From NCBI GenBank assembly GCA_963727525.1, contig CAVSGO010000007.1, forward strand, positions 608,001 through 672,000: a DNA stretch of 64,000 nt, written 5' to 3'. Position numbers and translations under genes: made by a program. The notes beneath the pieces were generated by a model. It had not been told where the DNA came from, did no database searches, and saw only the letters and a list, made by a program, of their open reading frames with translations. This document shows positions 9,403 to 19,481 of this stretch, in pieces. The stretch comes from an uncultured bacterium (GTDB taxonomy: Bacteria > Krumholzibacteriota > Krumholzibacteriia > LZORAL124-64-63). How positions within the stretch are numbered: position 1 is the first letter of the stretch; each line of letters starts with the position of its first letter.

Positions 9403-12261
9403 TTGTCGAGGAAGCTCAGGGTATACGAACTGGCGCGGCACTATGGCGTCGACAGCAAGCAGATCATGTTGCTGCTGCGCAAGATGAAGGTGGAAGCCAA
9501 GAGCCACATGAGCGTGGTCGAGGACGAGCATGTGGACAAGATCCACGCCGTCTTCCAGCGCAAGCGTGAGCTGGCCCGCCAGAATTACGCGCGGGCACAC
9601 AAGATCGACCCGGAGAAGCTCAAGGCCGTGGCGAGTCTGCGTCCGCTGCCCAGGCCCGTGCCTTCCGATGAGTCCGAGACCGCGCCCGAGCCGACCAAGA
9701 AGAAGACGGCGCGCAAGAAGAAGAAGGCGCCGGCGAAGCCGAAGGTCGTGGTCATCAAGCGGACCGGTACGCAGACGGCCGTGGCCAAGGCCGCAGCGGC
9801 GAAGCGCGAGTCCGAGGAGAAGGAGAAGGTTGAGGCCGAGACGAAGGCCAGGGCCGAGCAGGAGCATATCGACGCCGAGCGCGCCGCCCTGCGTGAGGAG
9901 CACAAAGCTGCCCGCCAGTCGCCCAAGCCCAAGCTGGTGAAGAAGGCGCAGATCGAGACGGAGGAGCCCGAGGCCCCGCCTGCGGCCACAGTCGAGGAAT
10001 TGCCGTCGGACGAGACGTCGCGGGAGGCGCCGGCGGCCGCGACCGTGGATGCCCCGGCCGAGGCCTCGGGCCCCGCGGCGGACGCGCAGGAACCGGCGGC
10101 CGAGGCGCCCGGCGAGCCTACGGAATCGGACGGGACGGAGGAGTCCGACGACGACGGCCACCGTCGACCGGTGGTCAAGAACGACGGATACAAGGTCGGC
10201 GACATCGTGCAGGCGGCGCCCGTGGTGCAGGAGGTTGCCGCGAGCGCGGAGGCTGCCAGCGGCGATCGCGCCGGCGCGAGCAAGATGTCGGTGAAGGAAT
10301 CGATCCAGGCGGCCATCCGCAGGCGGCAGGAGGAACGCGATGCGCGCGAACCGGCCGGTGGCCGGCGCAAGCGTACGCGCACGAAGAAGAAGAAGGTCGA
10401 CGAGGCCGAGGTCGACCGTACGCTGAAGCAGACGATGGCGCAGATCGAAACCTCGGGCGGTAGCCGGCGGCGTCGCCGCAAGGGCGGCGGCGGCGAGGCC
10501 GTGGAGGAAGATAACGTCTTGCGAATCACCGAGTTCATTACCGTGCAGGAGCTTGCCGAGAAGCTCGAGGTTCCCGCGCGTGAAATCATCACCAAGCTCT
10601 TCAGCCTGGGTATCATGACCACCATGAACCAGCGCCTGGACAAGGACCACATCGAGGTGCTGGCCGAGGAATACGATCGCGACATCGAGTTCCTCAGCGA
10701 GTACGGCGAGGAGGTCCTGGAGCAGGAAGAAGTGAAGGCGGAGGATCTGGAGACGCGGCCGCCGGTGGTCACCGTGATGGGCCATGTCGATCACGGCAAG
10801 ACCTCGCTGCTCGACCGCATCCGCCGCACCAACGTCATCGCCGGCGAGGCCGGCGGCATCACGCAGCACATCGGCGCCTATCGCGTGGAGACCGAGGGTG
10901 GGCCGATCACCTTCCTCGACACGCCGGGGCACGCGGCGTTCACCGCCATGCGCGCGCGCGGCGCCGGGATCACCGACATCGTGATCCTGGTGGTTGCGGC
11001 GAACGACGGCGTCATGCCACAGACGGTGGAGGCGATCAACCACGCCAAGGCGGCGGGTGTGCCCCTCATCGTGGCCGTGAACAAGATCGATCTGCCTGAC
11101 GCCAAGTCCGACCGAGTGAAGCAGGAACTGACGCAGCACGGTATCCTCGTCGAGGACTTCGGCGGCGAGGTGCTCTGCGCCGAGATCTCGGCGAAGAAGG
11201 GCCTGAACATCGAGCGGCTCCTCGAGCTCGTGCATCTGCAAGCCGAGGTGCTCGAGCTGAGCGCCAGCCCCAAGGGCAAGGCGCGCGGCACCGTGGTGGA
11301 GGCGCGCAAGGAACCGGGCCGCGGCGTGGTGTTCACCGTGCTCATCGAGCAGGGCACGCTGCAGGTGGGCGACATCTTCCTGGTCGGCACCCGCGATGGT
11401 CGCGTGCGCGCCCTGGTGAACGAGCGCGGCGACAAGCTCGAGAGCGTCCTGCCGGGGCAGCCTGCCGAGGTCATGGGCGCCAACGACGTGCCTGAGGCCG
11501 GCGACCGCTTCTACGTCATGGACACGGAGCGCGAGGCGCGCGAGATCGCGAGCAAGCGTCAGCGCGAACTGCGACTGCAGCAGCTCGCGGCGCCGAAGAA
11601 GAAAATCGACCTCGAGAACCTGGCCGAAATGATCAGCGCTGCCGAACTGAAGGAGCTGCCGATCATCATCAAGGGCGACGTCGCCGGTTCCGTCGAGGCA
11701 CTCGCCGATCAGTTCATGGAGCTGGGCACCGCCGAGGTGCAGGTGCGCGTGCTGCACAAGGCCGTGGGTGCGATCAGCGAGTCGGACGTGCTCCTGGCCG
11801 GGAACACCGGTGCCATGATCGTGGGCTTCCACATGCGTCCGGGCAACGCCATCACGGAGCTGGCCAAGGAACATGGGGTGACGATCGAGGTCTTCGACAT
11901 CATCTACGAGGCAGTGGATACGCTCAAGAAGGCGATGTCGGGCCTGCTGGGCTCGGTCCAGCGCGAGGTCTCCACGGGGCGGGCCCAGGTGCGGCAGGTC
12001 TTCCACATTCCGAAGATCGGCCAGATCGCAGGCTCCATGGTCCTGGACGGCAAGATCATCCGCAACAGCCGCGCCCGTCTGGTGCGTGACGAGATGGTGG
12101 TGTTCGAGGGTAAGATCTCCTCGCTCAAGCGCTTCAAGGAAGACACGAAGGAGGTCGCGCAGGGCTTCGAGTGCGGTATCGGCCTGGAGCGCTTCAACGG
12201 CATCCAGGAAGGCGATATCATCGAAGCCTACGAGATCGAGGAAGTGGCGCGGCATCTGTAG
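9403..12261 (+). CDS. infB: Translation initiation factor IF-2
   Basis: N-terminal [69 protein letters not shown] start at 9403 is inferred. Confidence 0.98.
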   Translation: MSRKLRVYELARHYGVDSKQIMLLLRKMKVEAKSHMSVVEDEHVDKIHAVFQRKRELARQNYARAHKIDPEKLKAVASLRPLPRPVPSDESETAPEPTKKKTARKKKKAPAKPKVVVIKRTGTQTAVAKAAAAKRESEEKEKVEAETKARAEQEHIDAERAALREEHKAARQSPKPKLVKKAQIETEEPEAPPAATVEELPSDETSREAPAAATVDAPAEASGPAADAQEPAAEAPGEPTESDGTEESDDDGHRRPVVKNDGYKVGDIVQAAPVVQEVAASAEAASGDRAGASKMSVKESIQAAIRRRQEERDAREPAGGRRKRTRTKKKKVDEAEVDRTLKQTMAQIETSGGSRRRRRKGGGGEAVEEDNVLRITEFITVQELAEKLEVPAREIITKLFSLGIMTTMNQRLDKDHIEVLAEEYDRDIEFLSEYGEEVLEQEEVKAEDLETRPPVVTVMGHVDHGKTSLLDRIRRTNVIAGEAGGITQHIGAYRVETEGGPITFLDTPGHAAFTAMRARGAGITDIVILVVAANDGVMPQTVEAINHAKAAGVPLIVAVNKIDLPDAKSDRVKQELTQHGILVEDFGGEVLCAEISAKKGLNIERLLELVHLQAEVLELSASPKGKARGTVVEARKEPGRGVVFTVLIEQGTLQVGDIFLVGTRDGRVRALVNERGDKLESVLPGQPAEVMGANDVPEAGDRFYVMDTEREAREIASKRQRELRLQQLAAPKKKIDLENLAEMISAAELKELPIIIKGDVAGSVEALADQFMELGTAEVQVRVLHKAVGAISESDVLLAGNTGAMIVGFHMRPGNAITELAKEHGVTIEVFDIIYEAVDTLKKAMSGLLGSVQREVSTGRAQVRQVFHIPKIGQIAGSMVLDGKIIRNSRARLVRDEMVVFEGKISSLKRFKEDTKEVAQGFECGIGLERFNGIQEGDIIEAYEIEEVARHL

Positions 12262-12288
12262 CCGCTGCGAAGGAGCGAGAGCGGCGGC

Positions 12289-13671
12289 ATGGATCCGTAC
12301 AAGACCAACCGGCTCAACGCGGCGATCCAGAAGACGCTCGGCGAGCTGATCGAGACCCAGGTGAAGGATCCGCGCGTCGGATTCGTGACCATCGTGGGCG
12401 TGCATCTCAATCGCGACCATTCCGTGGCCCGGGTCTTCTTTTCGGTGCTCGGCGACGACGAGGAGCGCGAGAAGTCGATCACCGGCCTGCACAAGGCCGC
12501 CGGCTTCCTGCAGAGCCAGGTGGGTAAGGCCCTGCGCTTGCGCACCACGCCCGAACTTCGGTTCGAATACGACGGCAGCCTCGACCGCGGCCTCGGTGTG
12601 GAATCGGTGCTGCGCGACCTCTCCGACCAGGGCGAGTTCCTCAGCGAGGACGAGAAGCGCCGCCGCCTCACCCTGGCCGACTTCGTGCCCGACAGCGCGC
12701 TGCTCGCGGCTCTGCGCGGCGCCACACGGGTATGGGTGATTCCGCACTGGAATCCTGATCCCGATGCGGCCGGATGCGCCCTCGCTCTTGTCGAGGCGCT
12801 GCAGATCCTGGGCAAGGAGGCGCTGTCGTTCCGCTTCCCGGATCCGCCGGTGGGTCTGGTGGGGCTGCCCGGCTGGAACGACCTCGTCCCTCACGTCGCG
12901 GCGCCTGAACTGCTCGCGTCGGCGCCGCCCGATCTGGCCGTGCTCGTCGACTGCCATCGTACCGACCGCACGGGGGAGATGCAGGACACCCTCGACCGCC
13001 TGCCGCAGATCCTGTGCATCGACCACCACCTCATCAGTGGCCGCCGAGCGCCCGTACCCGGCTGGATCGATGCACGCGCCGAGGCCAACGCGACACTCGT
13101 GCACCAGGTGGTGGCCGCGTTGCTCGGCGGCGTGGGCGAATCGCTCACCACGAGCATCGCCACGAATCTCTTCGCCGGCCTCACCGCTGACACCGGCGGG
13201 TTCCGCTTCCGCAACACCACGCCCATGACGTTCGACCTCGCGCGCAGCCTCGCCGCGTGCGGCGTCGACGTGGCCGATGTCACGCACCGCGTGTTGCACC
13301 TGCGCCGCCGCGAAGGGCTCGCCCTCCTGCAGCAAGCCCTTGGCACCTGCGAATTCACTGCGAACGGCCGCGTGGTGACGGCGCGGGCATCGCTGGCCAT
13401 GTTCGCCGAGACGAGCGCCTCGCCCTCGGAGACCGAGGGCTTCGTGAACCTGCTCACCGCCGTCGCGGGCGTGCGATACGCCGCCTTCCTCAAGGAGATC
13501 GAGCCCGATCTCTGGCGCGCCTCGATGCGCGCCATGGGTGACGGCGACGTCCAGGCGATCGCCGCGCAGTGGGGCGGTGGCGGTCACCGCGCCGCCGCGG
13601 GTTGCACGATCGAGGGTGACGGCGACAGCGTCGCTGCCGCGGTAGCCGCGGCCCTCAGCGATCTCCTATGA
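12289..13671 (+). CDS. rbfA: Fusion of ribosome-binding factor A (N-terminal ~115 aa) and DHH/DHHA1 phosphoesterase (NrnA-like)
   Basis: RbfA motifs [11 protein letters not shown] and [16 protein letters not shown], then without a stop [36 protein letters not shown]. Confidence 0.92.
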   Translation: MDPYKTNRLNAAIQKTLGELIETQVKDPRVGFVTIVGVHLNRDHSVARVFFSVLGDDEEREKSITGLHKAAGFLQSQVGKALRLRTTPELRFEYDGSLDRGLGVESVLRDLSDQGEFLSEDEKRRRLTLADFVPDSALLAALRGATRVWVIPHWNPDPDAAGCALALVEALQILGKEALSFRFPDPPVGLVGLPGWNDLVPHVAAPELLASAPPDLAVLVDCHRTDRTGEMQDTLDRLPQILCIDHHLISGRRAPVPGWIDARAEANATLVHQVVAALLGGVGESLTTSIATNLFAGLTADTGGFRFRNTTPMTFDLARSLAACGVDVADVTHRVLHLRRREGLALLQQALGTCEFTANGRVVTARASLAMFAETSASPSETEGFVNLLTAVAGVRYAAFLKEIEPDLWRASMRAMGDGDVQAIAAQWGGGGHRAAAGCTIEGDGDSVAAAVAAALSDLL

Positions 13672-14669
13672 AGCCCGCCGAGGCCAGCGGGATCTTGCTG
13701 CTGGACAAGCCGGTCGGTCCCACGTCCCACGACGTCGTGTTGAACGTGCGCCGCCGTTTTTCCCGCCGCGTGGCGCGCTCCCGCGATCGCCGCTTCAAGG
13801 TGGGCCACGCCGGCACCCTCGACCCGCGCGCCAGCGGACTGCTCCTCGTGCTCACGGGGCGCGGCACGCGGCTGGCGCCGCTACTCGTGGGGCTGGACAA
13901 GGTGTACCAGGCGGAGGTGCGCTTCGGCGTGGCCACCGACACGCTCGATGCCGACGGTACGATCACGGCCACAGCCGCCGTGCCGTCCGCCGTCGACCTG
14001 ACGGCCGCGCTGGCAGCGTTCACTGGCACCATCATCCAGCGGCCGCCGATCTACTCGTCGATCAAGCGCGGCGGCAAGTCGTTGCACGAGCTGGCGCGCG
14101 CCGGCAAGGACGTCGATGAACCGGACGCCCGCGAGGTGACCATCACCAGCTGCGAAGCGCGCGACATCGCCTGGGGCGTCGCCCCGGATGCCGACGAAGC
14201 GAACGCGCTGCCGCCGGCGCCCGACGGCAAGCTCTATCGCCTCGACCTCACCATCGCTTGCAGCAGTGGTACCTACGTGCGCTCGCTGGCGCGTGACCTC
14301 GGCGCGTATCTTGGCACCGTCGCCCACCTTCACGCACTGCGACGCGTGCAGATCGGACCCTACTGCCTGGCCGACGCCCTCGCGCTCGCGGCGTTCGATG
14401 GCGCCGACGACCCGGCCGCCACGCTGCTGCCGCTGGCCCGGGCGCTGGCGCACGTGCCCGCGGTCACCCTCGACGCAGCCACCGCCGCCACGGTGCGGCG
14501 CAGCGGCCACCTCGAGGATACGGGCCTGGCGCTGGAAACCGTGGCGTCGACGCTACGACTGCTCGATCCCGACGGCGCGCTGGTTGCTGTGGCGCGGCGC
14601 GATTCACCGCTTGCGGCGTCGCTGGTGGCGGTGTTCCCGCTCGATCAGGAGGACCGTGGATGCGCATGA
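13668..14669 (+). CDS. truB: tRNA pseudouridine-55 synthase
   Basis: LDKPVGPTSHDVV, KVGHAGTLDP, QRPPIYSSIK, CSSGTYVRSLARDLG. Confidence 0.97.
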   Translation: MKPAEASGILLLDKPVGPTSHDVVLNVRRRFSRRVARSRDRRFKVGHAGTLDPRASGLLLVLTGRGTRLAPLLVGLDKVYQAEVRFGVATDTLDADGTITATAAVPSAVDLTAALAAFTGTIIQRPPIYSSIKRGGKSLHELARAGKDVDEPDAREVTITSCEARDIAWGVAPDADEANALPPAPDGKLYRLDLTIACSSGTYVRSLARDLGAYLGTVAHLHALRRVQIGPYCLADALALAAFDGADDPAATLLPLARALAHVPAVTLDAATAATVRRSGHLEDTGLALETVASTLRLLDPDGALVAVARRDSPLAASLVAVFPLDQEDRGCA

Positions 14670-15775
14670 TCCGCCTCACGGCGCCGTACCTGCGGCGCAT
14701 CGAGGTCGGCGAGACCCACCTCGCGCCCCAGGATACCGGCCCCTGCGCCCTCGCTCTGGGTTCGTTCGACGGCCTGCACCTCGGCCACCAGGAACTCATC
14801 CGCGGCGTGCGCAATGCCAAGCGCCGGCGCGGTCTGAAATCGAGCGTGCTCTTCACGTTCCTGCGGCATCCGCGGCTCGTGCTCGAGGGCGACGTCGATC
14901 AGCCCTTCCTGCTGACGACCTGGCGCGAGAAACTCTCGCTGCTCGCGCGCGAGGACCTCGACGTCGTCGTGGCGGTGGACTTCTGCCAGGCCGTGGCGCG
15001 TCTCGACTATCGCCGCTTCGTGCGCGAGTTCCTGGTGGGGGGCCTTGGCATGACCCACCTCGTGGCCGGTTACGACGTGCATCTGGGCGCGGACCGCGAG
15101 GGCAACGCCGATACCCTCGACGCCCTCGGCGACGAGCTTGATTACACCCTCGAGGTCGTCAGTCCTACCCGCGTGGACGGCGAGACGGTGAGCAGCTCGG
15201 CCATCCGCGCCAGCCTACGCGATGGCCGCGTGCACGAGGCATCCACCATGCTCGGCCGTCAATACTCGGTGTGGGGCGAGGTCGTGCCGGGTGAAGGCCG
15301 AGGCCGCACGATCGGCTATCCCACGGCCAACGTGCGGCCCCTCGACCAGTACAAGCTCTTGCCCCGGCCCGGCGTGTATGCCGTGCGCGTGCAAGTGCCG
15401 GGCGATGTGGTGCCGGGCGATGTGGTGGCCGGTGACGGCGACGGTTGCCTGGGTATCGTGCGGGAGGCGCTGCCAGAGGTCGACCACCACGGCGACCTGC
15501 TCTCGGCCGGCGCCGGATCGTGGCGCCTGTACGGGGGCATGCTCAACTTCGGTCGCGTGCCTACCTTCCACAGCGGCGGCCTCGTCCAGCCCCGCATCGA
15601 GGCCCACATTTTCGACTTCCATGGCGACCTACGTGGCCGCACCGTGAAGGTGGAGTGGCTCGAACGCCTGCGCGACGAACAGAAATTCGCCGGCGTCGGC
15701 GAATTGACCACACAGCTTCAGCGTGACGCCGTGGCTGCCCGCGCGGCCGTCCACGCAGCATCTCTGTCGGATTGA
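14660..15775 (+). CDS. ribF: Bifunctional riboflavin kinase / FAD synthetase
   Basis: GSFDGLHLGH, VSSSAIR, GRTIGYPTAN, PGVYAV, IEAHIFDFHGDLRG, RLRDEQKF. Confidence 0.95.
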   Translation: MRMIRLTAPYLRRIEVGETHLAPQDTGPCALALGSFDGLHLGHQELIRGVRNAKRRRGLKSSVLFTFLRHPRLVLEGDVDQPFLLTTWREKLSLLAREDLDVVVAVDFCQAVARLDYRRFVREFLVGGLGMTHLVAGYDVHLGADREGNADTLDALGDELDYTLEVVSPTRVDGETVSSSAIRASLRDGRVHEASTMLGRQYSVWGEVVPGEGRGRTIGYPTANVRPLDQYKLLPRPGVYAVRVQVPGDVVPGDVVAGDGDGCLGIVREALPEVDHHGDLLSAGAGSWRLYGGMLNFGRVPTFHSGGLVQPRIEAHIFDFHGDLRGRTVKVEWLERLRDEQKFAGVGELTTQLQRDAVAARAAVHAASLSD

Positions 15776-15778
15776 GCG

Positions 15779-15827
15779 TTTGATGAATTGTCATTGGCGC
15801 CGGCGCCATTCGACCTCATTCGTCAAA
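15779..15827. repeat. Imperfect inverted repeat immediately after ribF, with perfect 14-bp core palindrome TGGCGCCGGCGCCA
   Basis: TTTGATGAAT (15779-15788) pairs with ATTCGTCAAA (15818-15827, one G-U); core at 15795-15808. Confidence 0.7.
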
Positions 15828-15895
15828 TCCAGGCTCGTAGAGTTGGTCGGAGTGAGGCCCGCCGGCGCCAGACCGCTTTCCGCCTGGAATCGACG

Positions 15896-15924
15896 TTGCA
15901 AACCCGCCTGGTGCTCTCCATAAT
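15896..15924 (+). promoter_or_regulatory. Putative sigma70-type promoter of glycan cluster, TTGCAA-N17-CATAAT
   Basis: 17-nt spacing, about 40 nt upstream of the GTG start with AGGGAGG RBS. Confidence 0.55.
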
Positions 15925-15964
15925 GGCCAGGACGGCTCGCCTCGACGATCAGGGAGGACGATAG

Positions 15965-18388
15965 GTGCTGCCTTGCCATAAGCTTACCGCAAGAGCGCGC
16001 ATACTGTTGCTCGTACTCGCGTTCGCAATCGTGGCCACCGTGCAGCCGCCACGTCCGGCGATGGCGCAAGACATCCCGCCAGACGCGCTCCAGGAAGCGG
16101 CTCGACGCACGGGTCTGAGTCCCGAGGAACTCTTGCGTCGGTACCAGGAGCAGGCAGGCCAGCAGGCGACATCCGTGGCCGACACCGCGCAGGCGCCGGG
16201 GCGCACCAGCTTGCAGGGCATCGACGATTCCCAGCCGCCGGCCACCGGCCGCGGTGAGACCAGCTACTGGCCAGAGCGCCCCGCGGTGATCTTGCCGGGC
16301 GCGCCCGTCGAGGGGGAGGAGTTGTCGGTGGCCGCGGCTGAGTCGGCCCTCACCGCGTTCAGCACGGCGCCTGCCAAGCTCACGTTCTTCGGCCGCGATT
16401 TTTTCAATCTCCCGCCCAGCACATTCTCGCCGCCGTCGTTCGGCCCGGTGCCCGCCGATTACCTGGTCGGGGTGGGCGACGAGATCGTGGTCGATGTCTA
16501 CGGTGATGTCGAATTCCGCCTCAGCCGCGTGGTCGATCGCGACGGCACCATCATCCTGCCCAAGGGCGGCAAGGTGGTGTGCCATAACCGCACCCTCGCG
16601 CAGGTCACCAAGGCCGTGCGCGAGACTCTCGCGCGGTCGTACTCGGGCATCAACCAGGGCACCATTAACGTAGACGTCACCCTGGGCGCACTACGCGCCA
16701 TCCGTGTCTTCGTAGTCGGCGACGCATCGCAACCGGGCGCCTACGACCTCAGCTCCCTGGCCACGGTGTTCACGGCCCTGTCGGCCTGCGGCGGCCCGGG
16801 CGAGAACGGGAGCCTGCGCGACGTGCGCCTGATGCGCGGCGGCGAGCAGATCGCCGTGCTCGACGTCTACGACTACCTCATGGGCGGCGTGCGCGAGGGC
16901 GACGCCATCCTGCGCGACGGCGACACGGTGTTCGTCCCCCAGCGCGGCCGCACGGTATTGCTGCAGGGCGCGGTGCACCGGCCCGCGTTCTACGAGCTGC
17001 GCCCGGGCGAGGACCTGGGCGACCTGCTGCGCTTCGGCGGCGGTTTCACCCCGCAGGCCGCCACCGAGGTGGTGCACATCGAGCGCATCCTGCCGCCCGC
17101 CCAGCGCCGCCCCGACCTGCCCGACCGCACCTACCGCGACGTGGCCCTCGACCCGGCCACGGGCACCGTGGCCACCCCGGCCGACGGCGCGCTCCTCGAC
17201 GGAGACGTGGTCACGGTGGATGCCATCGAGGATCGCCTCTGGGGCTGGGTCCGGGTGGTGGGTCACGTGAAGCGCCCCGGCCGCTACGAATACCATGACG
17301 GCATGACTGCGTCACAGCTCGTCCAGACCGCCGGCGGCGCCTGGCCCGACGTATTGCGCGACCTCGCCGTGATCGACCGCACCGACACCCAGGAGCACTA
17401 CACGGCCGTCCAGGTGCCCCTGGGCGCCATCCTCCGCGGTGACGCCCCCGACGTACCCCTGCAGGAACGCGACCTGTTGCGCGTCTTCTCGGCCGGCGAC
17501 ATGCTCAACCGCTCGGAAGTGAATGTGAGCGGCGAGGTGAAGAATCCCCAGTCCTTCGCCTACCGCACCGGCATGACCCTGGCCGACGCCCTCGTACGCG
17601 CCGGCGGCCTCCTCGCCGCGGCCGACCCCTCCCGCGTGGAGATCCAGCGCCTACGCGCCGACAAGGTGTTCAGCGACGCCGCTACCCTTCCCGAGGGCAC
17701 CTCGGTGGACGTCATCTTCGTGGCCCTCGACGGCAACTGGATGCAAGGCGAAGCGAGCACGCCGCTGAAGCCATTCGACCGCATTGTCGTGCGCAAGCTT
17801 CCCTGGTACGAATTCCAGCGCGTGGTGACGGTGAAAGGCGAGGTGCTTTACGGCGGCCAGTTCAGCCTGGAGGAAAAGGACGAGACCCTCAGCTCGGTGA
17901 TCACCCGCGCCGGCGGCCTGAAGGCTACCGCCTACGCGCCCGCCGCCCGCGTGGTGCGCAAGAACCTCGGCAACATCGCCGTCGAACTCGTCGCTGCCCT
18001 CGCCCACCCCGGCGGCCCCCAGGACATCATCCTGCAAGACGGCGACCAGATCATCGTCCCCGAACAGCAGTACACGGTGAAAGTTGTCGGCGAAGTCGGC
18101 TTCCCCACTAGCCTGGTCTACGAAAACGGCAAACACATCAACTGGTACGTCAACCGCGCCGGCGGCTTCCTGGAAAAAGCGGACAAGAAGCGCACCAGAG
18201 TCGTCCACCCTAACGGCATGAGCTTGCCAAACAAGGGCAACTCGGAAGTCCTGCCAGGTTCCACGATCGTGGTCCCTGTGCAGCCACCCCCGGAAGGTGC
18301 GAGCACTCTGGAGAAACTGAAGGAGATCGCGGCGATCATGGCGTCGGCGGCGACGATATATCTAGTCATCGATCGGACGACCAACTAA
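15965..18388 (+). CDS. Polysaccharide export protein with multiple SLBB domains (KpsD/Wza-like)
   Basis: Signal peptide; Poly_export motif YLVGVGDEIVVDVYG..VDRDGTIILP; repeated V.GxV.xPGxY...AGG SLBB units. Confidence 0.9.
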   Translation: MLPCHKLTARARILLLVLAFAIVATVQPPRPAMAQDIPPDALQEAARRTGLSPEELLRRYQEQAGQQATSVADTAQAPGRTSLQGIDDSQPPATGRGETSYWPERPAVILPGAPVEGEELSVAAAESALTAFSTAPAKLTFFGRDFFNLPPSTFSPPSFGPVPADYLVGVGDEIVVDVYGDVEFRLSRVVDRDGTIILPKGGKVVCHNRTLAQVTKAVRETLARSYSGINQGTINVDVTLGALRAIRVFVVGDASQPGAYDLSSLATVFTALSACGGPGENGSLRDVRLMRGGEQIAVLDVYDYLMGGVREGDAILRDGDTVFVPQRGRTVLLQGAVHRPAFYELRPGEDLGDLLRFGGGFTPQAATEVVHIERILPPAQRRPDLPDRTYRDVALDPATGTVATPADGALLDGDVVTVDAIEDRLWGWVRVVGHVKRPGRYEYHDGMTASQLVQTAGGAWPDVLRDLAVIDRTDTQEHYTAVQVPLGAILRGDAPDVPLQERDLLRVFSAGDMLNRSEVNVSGEVKNPQSFAYRTGMTLADALVRAGGLLAAADPSRVEIQRLRADKVFSDAATLPEGTSVDVIFVALDGNWMQGEASTPLKPFDRIVVRKLPWYEFQRVVTVKGEVLYGGQFSLEEKDETLSSVITRAGGLKATAYAPAARVVRKNLGNIAVELVAALAHPGGPQDIILQDGDQIIVPEQQYTVKVVGEVGFPTSLVYENGKHINWYVNRAGGFLEKADKKRTRVVHPNGMSLPNKGNSEVLPGSTIVVPVQPPPEGASTLEKLKEIAAIMASAATIYLVIDRTTN

Positions 18389-18480
18389 AGCCGTACGTCG
18401 TTCAATGTGCGGGCCGTTCCGGGACTGATAGCTTTTCAAAAGTAGCGATCGACCGGTATCGCGGCCAAGGGATAGGTGCA

Positions 18481-19446
18481 ATGTCGCGTGATCTCGAGAT
18501 GGCAGATGTCTTGGTCGCACTCTGGCGCGGACGTAAGCTGATCCTGTCGATCACAATCAGCTTCCTGATTGTCGGCATCTTGTATTCACTGTTGGCGGTG
18601 CCGTACTATACCGCAACCGCCACAATTCTACCTCGTTCGGATGAGGCGCCAACGGCTCTGCTCTCCCAGATAGCGCAGTTTACCGGCAATCCGACAATAG
18701 CATCTACGAATTACGAGCAACTCTACAACGAGATCGTCAAGTCCGATCAAATCGTGGATCGTGTCCTCTCTCAAAAGTGGAAGTATCTGGCGCGTCAGGA
18801 TTCTGTGTATGCCTTCCAGATCTTCGGGACTGGCGATAAGGATGCATCGATCAACGACGCGACCGTTCGGGCCCGCAGTCGGCGGTTCTTGCGAGAGAAT
18901 GTCATCATATTTGACCGGGATGTCTTCACAGGATTCATGAAGCTCGAAGTAACTGTCCCGCGAGATCCCCAACTCGCTGCGGACATGGCAAACTTCATCA
19001 TACATGACTTAGAGATCTTTATTGCTGACTGGCGAAACCGAAAGGCTCGCGAGCAGCGGACTTTTGTCGGCGAACGCCTTGAAAAGGTATCGGAAGACCT
19101 CGACAGTGCCCAGGCCCGGCTTACAGAATTTTTAGAAAACAATCGTTCCTATGCTGATTCTCCAGTGTTGCGAGAGCAGTACAATCGTCTGGATCGAGAG
19201 GTGCAGGCGCAGGAGTCGATCTGGGTAGAGTTACGGCGTCAACTCGAACTCGCGAAGATCGAAGAGAACCGAGATCAAGCGACGATTGATATCCTAGATC
19301 GTGCAATCCCGCCAGTTCGAGCGTCTCGACCCAAACGTGGTGTCATAATCGTCTTGCTGACCATCGCAGGCATGCTGATCGCACTTGTGGCGATGGCAAT
19401 CAGACATGAATTCAGGGTGTTGAGAGCCCGAAGGTTGGCAACGTAG
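18481..19446 (+). CDS. wzz: Polysaccharide chain-length determinant (Wzz/GNVR type)
   Basis: N-terminal TM plus YTATATILP, coiled-coil middle, ILDRAIPP..SRPKR plus C-terminal TM. Confidence 0.85.
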   Translation: MSRDLEMADVLVALWRGRKLILSITISFLIVGILYSLLAVPYYTATATILPRSDEAPTALLSQIAQFTGNPTIASTNYEQLYNEIVKSDQIVDRVLSQKWKYLARQDSVYAFQIFGTGDKDASINDATVRARSRRFLRENVIIFDRDVFTGFMKLEVTVPRDPQLAADMANFIIHDLEIFIADWRNRKAREQRTFVGERLEKVSEDLDSAQARLTEFLENNRSYADSPVLREQYNRLDREVQAQESIWVELRRQLELAKIEENRDQATIDILDRAIPPVRASRPKRGVIIVLLTIAGMLIALVAMAIRHEFRVLRARRLAT

Positions 19447-19481
19447 ATGAAGTCGAACGCCCATCCGACCTACGTTCGATC

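Noticed and set aside
15774-15850. Possible integron attC site
   Set aside because: Bulged palindrome, but without correctly placed RYYYAAC/GTTRRRY boxes; no integrase and no second site.
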